This document shows positions 58,501 to 64,000 of a DNA stretch of 64,000 bases, piece by piece. A program made the position numbers and the translations under genes. The notes under the pieces were generated by a model. The model did not search any database and had not been told where the DNA came from. It was given only the letters and a program-made list of their open reading frames with translations. The number at the start of each line of letters is the position of its first letter. Position 1 is the stretch's first letter. Source of the stretch: Setoptus koraiensis (taxonomy: Eukaryota > Animalia > Arthropoda); the NCBI GenBank assembly GCA_048013815.1, contig CM106585.1:4960001-5024000 (forward strand), given 5' to 3'.

Positions 58501-61500
58501 CAGATCGATTTGTTGAATATGTTCTTGCTGACAATAATAATAATAATAATAATACTATGTGTGTTAAGTCGCCTATGCAACGACTGCTCTCGAGCCAAGA
58601 CAACAATGGCTCGCTATTGCACGTTTATCTTTGGTTGTGATTTATTCCTCTATCTTTGTTATCATCGTCAACAATGGATAGGAGCTAGGCGGATAGGAGC
58701 TATCGACTATCTTGGGCGAACGCTGTCGCTGATAACAGCGGCGGCGGCAGCGACGGTGTTTGACTGCGACTCAGATTGAGTCGCTAGAATCATTTGTATC
58801 ACTGGGATGGTTGGAATCATTTGAATTGTATGATGCATCTGCTTGTTATGAGAGCGCGATGTTATCCGTCGCGATGAACGCCGCCGACGACAACGACGAC
58901 GACGACATTAATTAATTGATTTATGCCACTTGCTGCTGCTGCTGCTGCCGCCGCCGCTGTTGTTATCATTGCTGTTGCACCTTTGTTTGTATCGTTTTAG
59001 CTTATGTCAGCGGTGATTGCGGCAACAACCACCAGCCACGACAACTACAGCAACAACAGCAACGACAACAGCAACAACAGCAACGACAACAGCGACAGCG
59101 TTACACGCTCGGCAAGCTAGATGAATGAACCAGATAATAGTTATGATAAAATGATTGTTGCATACACAAACACTCTTGTAAGCCGTCACACTGCGGCTTG
59201 CCTACGGAACTATGCGTATATTTTGCTGTAAAACAATGGCTCATCAGCTGACTCTTTTGTTGTTATTATCAAGTCAACTCGACTCGACTGGCAAGCTTGT
59301 CAGCTAATTGTGTTGCGGCATCTGCAACACAATTAATTAAGCGACTAATTATATCGACAATTGATTAGCGAACGCGTACCTGTGATTCGAGTCGATGCTG
59401 CTGCTCTGTTGTTGTTGTTGTTGCTGCTGTTGCTGTTGCTTGTTCATGGCTGGTAATTGATATAACTGGCAGCGAGCCGTTTGCTCGGGTTCGCACAATA
59501 TTGCTGCTGCTGCTGCTGCTCGATACGATAAGATTAACATTACTATCAGTGTTTATTAAATGAACTCTCTGTCGAGCGTAAGGCGCTTGCATGGCCGACT
59601 GGCTCCTTCGGCTGGCACTGCAATAATTAATTTATCTGTTTGCTGCTCGCTCGTCAATCAGTTGGCCCAACGCTTGTTAATCAGACCAAATCAGATGACA
59701 TTTGTGGCTAGATCGACTGTGTCTAATATATACTCGACATGGTGTGTGCATAATTGGCGCTCACAATCACTCTCACAACCACAAACTGTCTATGCGATAT
59801 ATAAATATAAATAAATACATATATCTGCGATAATCAATGGCCCAGCAGCGTTGGTGCGATCCGGTGATTTTGTGATTTCGTGATTTTGTGATTTTGCGAT
59901 GATCGCGCGATAGCCAACACAACACAACAACGATCTGATGAAACGATGCTAATGATGTCGATGTCGGATGGCCCTCAGGCCGCTGCGATGATAGTTGCGA
60001 CGATAGCTGGCATGATGGCTGGCGTGATAGCTGCTTGCGTTGATTGACAATGAATTGCTGGCTGATACTGAATGGCTGATACACAACAAATGTACGACAG
60101 ATGTACGACAGATATGTGACAGATATACGACAGATATACGGCAGATCGGAATCGATCGCTCAGGTGAGTCATGTCTATCAGCAAGGCACTACTGGCACAA
60201 AGAACAACGCTTTTGCATTACGCTCGCTGACGACAAACAACAATCAAACAACTCTAATTACCGATCTGCCGCCAGACGCTGTCGAGTGGCCAATCCAGCC
60301 GGCCTAGAGTTGTTGTCGGTGTCGCTGTTGTCGCTGTTGTCGGCCAGCGACAACAACGACACAGACAACAATGTCTCACCTTTGTACGCAACTCGCTGTT
60401 GCGCTCAACTACCACCAGCGACAGCAGACTCGACAAACAGCAGCAACAGCAAACTCGACAAACAGCAGCAGCAGCAGCAACTGTCTGTCTCGGCTACAAA
60501 TCGGCATTGCTGAAAAACAGCAACAGCAACAAGTGTCCATGATACACAATGGCCCAGACAGCGACAGGATGGGCCTACCGAGCGCATGTAACAATAATAC
60601 AAACAACAGATATAACATAACAGGTTGTCAGCCTGCTGGCGGATTCTTTTTTGCGATCCTGCGACAACTGTGTCGCCTTTCACTTATCGCTTCTCGAATT
60701 CACTTTCGCTCTCACTCTCCTTTGTGATGCCTGGCGTGTCCACGAGAAACAGCCCAGAGAAACGACAGCAGCGACAACAGTTACGCAATGTTTGCATATC
60801 GAGACACATCGCCAGCGGTCGACATGCTCGCTCGCCCGTTTCGCTGGTGCCGTCTAACGGTTTCGCTGGTGCCGTCTGGTTAGACGGCTCTCTCGAGCGA
60901 TATATAAATATCGCTCGATTCATTATCTCATAAATACACACACACACACACACACAAATACATACAAATATATACGAGAAAATGAAATATATTGCAAACA
61001 TGATACGATGCATACGAATTGCATATTACGCAATGTAATACATACGCAAACAAATGAGCGCCAATCGCCCGCCCGAACAAGCGCTTTTTCAGCACACACA
61101 TTGCGTCACATTGTTATTGTTGGCAGTTGTTAAATCATTAGGCGTGCAATTACTCACACCTAGCTCACCTGTGTGTGTTACACTGTGTATGAATCATACA
61201 ATATGATACACAACCAACAACAAACTGACGGTTCGTTGTGCACCACCTGTCCGTTGCGCGGCGCAAACAACAAACAATCGCCCAGTCCGTTAATCAATAT
61301 TTTTTGATAATATCCAAATGTGCACTGTCTATTAAATAGACTCTATTTGTAGTTCGGGTAGGCAGGCGGGCCAACTCTAAATATAGAGCTGTGTGTCAGG
61401 TCGTTGTGTGTATACACAAAGAAAAGATTTTTACAAAGATTTTTCTTGTTCTCTCTTGTACGACAAAAACGACAAAAACGAAATCATTTTCTTGCTGGCG

Positions 61501-63836
61501 GATAATCCAATTCGACGATACGGCACCACAGATGGCGCCCACAACGTTGATGGTGCCAACGGCACGGCCGAACAGCCACGTTGTGCGCCGTTCGCCCACT
61601 GGCCAGACCCACAACAGAGCGTAAAATGGAAATAAATAAAACCATGTTTCGTCGTCGTCGTCGTCGTCTAAAACAATTGCCTCCTGCGACAAACGAGCTC
61701 CATTCACTGGCAATCGGAGCCAATGGGCGACTGCGAAAAACAAACAATCACCACAACCTGTTACCATCGGAAAGTGGCAACTGGCTAGCGACGAGTGAGC
61801 CAGTGAGATTATTGTTATTTGCACGAATGCCATGATGGCAAACATGAGAGAGATTTTAAAATCACTATTGTGAGCAGCGATTTTGAATCATCGCGTATTG
61901 CAATGGCACCGAAATAAAGCCAGAAACAGTGTGAGGCAATCACAAAACGGATGCTTCTTAATTGCCGCTAATTATTAATTGCTGCATTATGAGGTATCGC
62001 TCCATTTAGAGACGCCATGCCAAGTGCGACCAGCAATGGCGATAACACGAGAGTGGCGATAGCATGAGAATACGAGAATGCGCAACTGCGAAACTACGAA
62101 ACTACGAAACTGCGAAACTGGGAAACTACGAAATCACGAAAACGCGAAAATACCAAAATACGAAAACGCGAAAACGCGAAAATACGAAAATACGAAAATG
62201 CCAAAATATGAAAATATGCGAATATGAGAGCGAACACGAACGAGTGCGTTGCCATTGTTTTGATTCTCAATGAAAAAGCGATTAGTTTTGGCGAATTGAA
62301 TCAAATTGCCGCTGCCGCCGCTGTTACGTAATATGTGTTTGCTGGCATGGCGTGCCATAACCATTGCAACGACACCAACACACACGAGGCTCACTCACGA
62401 ATGGGCAAGCCTTTCAATAAAGAAATCATTTTGTCTCTGGCGTGTCTAGAGCGATCGCTCGATTGAGTTGATTCGAGTTGAGTGGCAGCGCAAACGAGCG
62501 CCAGGCAAGCGGAGGCAACTTTCAAGAGCAACAGCTCGCCTGTTATTTATTATGTAAGATGTAAGGATTATTTACGATTATTTGCGCGCATCACGCAACA
62601 GTCGCGACTGTTTGCTCATGTGCGTCGGCCGACTTTCTGGCGGCCACGAGCGGCCGAACTCGGGCGGCCGAAAACGAGAGGCCGAAATCGAGAGGCCCAA
62701 ATCGGGCGGCCCAAACCGAGATGCCGAAACCGAGAGGCCGAAATCGGGCGGCCGAAAACGAGAGGCCGAAATAGAGCGGCCGAAAGGGAGCGGAAATGAT
62801 GAGAAATGGTGCGTTGGGAGCGAGCACTTACTTTGTTGGTGGTGAGGTGGCCCTTTGCGTTGAAACAAATATAATCGTTTGTGTGGATGCTCCTGAGACG
62901 AATAGCGACGCCAATATCATCGAGCACCTCAGTCTCCATTTTTAATTTTGATATTGAGACGTCTGCTGTGAGTGGCGCGGGCCTCTTGGCGCGCACGAGC
63001 GCCCTCCTCTCGACGCTGGCGGGTGTCGGCTCTGAATTGGGGCCGTTGCTGGCTTGCTTGCTAACTTGCTTTTCGGGCACCGTTGGCCCGTCTGACACCG
63101 TTGACCTGTCTGACATTGTGGGCCCAGCCGATATCGTATTATTATTCATATTGTTGTTGTGCTCTGCGGTGGCCGCTCTGTCGAGCACACTGACGTAATC
63201 CGACGAGCACCTATTATATAATACTATTTCGTTTTTCGCTAGCTTTACAGAGGTTCTGTTCAGTGTGGCCAGTGTGACATTGTTTGCCAACAACACGATT
63301 GGTGGCGCTTGCGAGGTGGTTGTTGTCACCGTGACCGTGAGGCTGTGATTCGTGTGCACCGCCGCTTGACTCGACATTGAGCGATGCAACAGGTCGCCCA
63401 GTGTCTGAGCAGGGGCCCCTGTCGCGGGCTCGCTTGCCTCTGGCCCGTGCGGCTTGCATTTGGGTGCGGGCGCCGCTGCCACGCTCACCTGGGCCGGGTC
63501 GGGCGGCCTCACTTCCGGTCCGGGGGCAGCGGCATTTGGCTGCGTTTGGGCGGCAAGCGTGGCGTTGGTCTGTTGTGACGAGACTTGCATTTCATAACTA
63601 TTACTAATATTATTATTAATTTGATTATTGTGATTATTGTGATTGTTGTGATTGTTGTGATTGTTGTGATTATTGTGATTATTGTTGTGATTATGCGATT
63701 GTGGTTGGTGCTGGGCCGAGCTGACGTAATGGGCGCTCTTGTGGCTACAAATATAACGGGACGACACTGCTAGTATTACTAATAGAAATGATGTGATGAT
63801 CACCAGAGCCGCACATTTCACGACCACCGATTGCAT
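53848..63836 (-). CDS. FGF: FGF (FGF8/17/18-like), two coding exons separated by an 8.8-kb intron
   Basis: Exon 63836-62832 (signal peptide; IVLYNRCSSDYV; LKMETE; IRLRSIHTNDYICFNAKGHL; donor AAA|GTAAGT) joins exon 54069-53848 (TTCAG|; SCLFLEE...YYRYRSVQNSDWYMGFNKDGQP...RCYQFSK*). Both junctions are phase 0; the product is 408 aa. Confidence 0.85.
55568..55598. repeat. (TGT)10 microsatellite
   Basis: Perfect trinucleotide run, one of many CAA/TTG and CA/TG runs in 54-64 kb and 36-38 kb. Confidence 0.95.
56418..58304 (-). CDS. ZIP: ZIP (SLC39A1/2/3-type) zinc transporter, intronless CDS nested in the FGF intron
   Basis: TM1 KLIASLVLFILTLLAG, FGGGVLMATAFCHLIPE, CGFFFIYIVEQ, TM4 AHAIFDGVAIG, TM5 CHKLVIA, FATGTIIYIVFVEIL. 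First ATG at 58304; the ORF track starts at TTG 58319. Confidence 0.93.
   Translation of the reverse strand: MDQTQTTKLIASLVLFILTLLAGYLPVLAVTWAAGRRRRRANNIQEQSISLKQNHILYRPSNNNGIFSSSKNHNVTLKSLVPTSDSVPINLSSQQQSSQAATNITTSSQSNLLPSSSSSSSATSIIISSSNLINNSATGGDHRAANTTTSTPTTTTTTTTTPSPAAPNNQLTTDATTSNHYDQQLAPNNGEYERAILNSKWIQASMFFGGGVLMATAFCHLIPETHDSFKAYLLGESPGPGGHTHHHHHHPHATHAATNMTTTSQIFSNNDTTGTLLDELASPSLVTVESTQNDLSVADSSLFTTETTVPYGDNQTQTVNSIYSNLHHHHHNHNHDDNSNNNNNYQQQQQPTEAAANINGSSSSPQSDDRLNLPFIEISVCCGFFFIYIVEQLMVKFLDNHSHAPPAEPDKQVQSGAVIQTQSDDRPDKAHYNINLESSSSSQSQLTNCQIESQRTMTSNDAIKSTNNSNNELFKFLRGLIIVSAFSAHAIFDGVAIGSQTTIDQVWAIFIAIACHKLVIAAVVGLELYNATLQSKLWTIVHMTTFSSMSPIGILIVVIAQNSFAINVNHPVMILLQAFATGTIIYIVFVEILQPKGHDPHKHGFLKSFSLVLGFLFMLTVLTVLDDH
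62075..62222. repeat. degenerate 8-9-bp tandem array (CGAAAATA/CGAAACTA)
   Basis: ...gcgaaactacgaaactacgaaactgcgaaactgggaaactacgaaatcacgaaaacgcgaaaataccaaaatacgaaaacg... Confidence 0.9.
62651..62790. repeat. 14-bp minisatellite x10 (consensus (C/A)GGCCGAAATCGAG)
   Basis: Ten consecutive 14-bp units, 140 bp in total, starting ~40 bp inside the FGF intron. Confidence 0.93.
63627..63695 (-). repeat. 9-bp repeat encoding (HNN)n in the FGF N-terminal extension
   Basis: TTGTGATTA/TTGTGATTG units on +, giving HNHNNNHNNHNNHNNHNN on -. Confidence 0.9.
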
Positions 63837-64000
63837 CGCCTGTTGAATGGGCGCATTTCGGCTTGCAGGGCGCGCTGTAGAATGTAGATTTTGCAGCCAA
63901 CACTTTGCGCTAAATATTCAAAATTATAATTAACTATTCGATATTCGATATTCGAAGCTCGATGTTTGATTTGATCGACGCCTTGTCTTGCTTTGTGATT

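Noticed and set aside
58341-62000. Many overlapping 60-150 aa ORFs rich in poly-Q/C/V/L
   Set aside because: They are translations of CAA/CAG/CA microsatellites in intronic or UTR sequence, with no domains.
62134-62470. Candidate FGF middle exons (TRQRQNDFFIERLAHS; TNRFFIENQNNG) with plausible splice sites
   Set aside because: They lack the invariant Cys of CxFxE, and exon 54069-53848 already supplies CLFLEE in the correct phase.
62651-62790. Regular GC-rich array considered as a CRISPR-like repeat
   Set aside because: The units are contiguous with no unique spacers, the context is eukaryotic, and there are no cas genes.
62616-62831. C-terminal ~70 aa of the 406-aa ORF (VSARSQ...GRRT)
   Set aside because: This is read-through past a canonical GTAAGT donor into the 14-bp minisatellite, not FGF sequence.

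Overview
Eukaryotic, gene-dense genomic DNA from a compact arthropod genome. The gene set (pasiflora2, Ack with CRIB, delta/epsilon GST, BTB-ZF) plus short 70-150 bp introns next to very long intronless CDSs suggests a streamlined acariform mite; this is inference, not a database result. There are about 18 recognisable genes: DOT1L 5' end, frayed/OSR1, a Kelch protein, GST, DUF4807, Ack, cortactin, alpha-spectrin, pasiflora2, a PAN-domain membrane protein, ANKLE1, CAF-1 p60, a BTB-ZF gene, ZIP and FGF. There are also decaying duplicates (DOT1L x2, UBE3B). The most striking feature is one uninterrupted ORF (11900-13309) that fuses an intact frataxin domain to a full-length but catalytically dead mitochondrial malonyl-CoA:ACP transacylase (MCAT), with the frataxin core sandwiched between two copies of the MCAT N-terminus. 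A second N-terminus capture is visible at 49.5-51 kb, where an inverted duplication gives CAF-1 p60 the 5' region and first ~20 codons of the neighbouring BTB-ZF gene. An FGF gene is split by an 8.8-kb intron that holds a same-strand ZIP transporter gene. All protein assignments come from motif recognition by eye; no searches were run.
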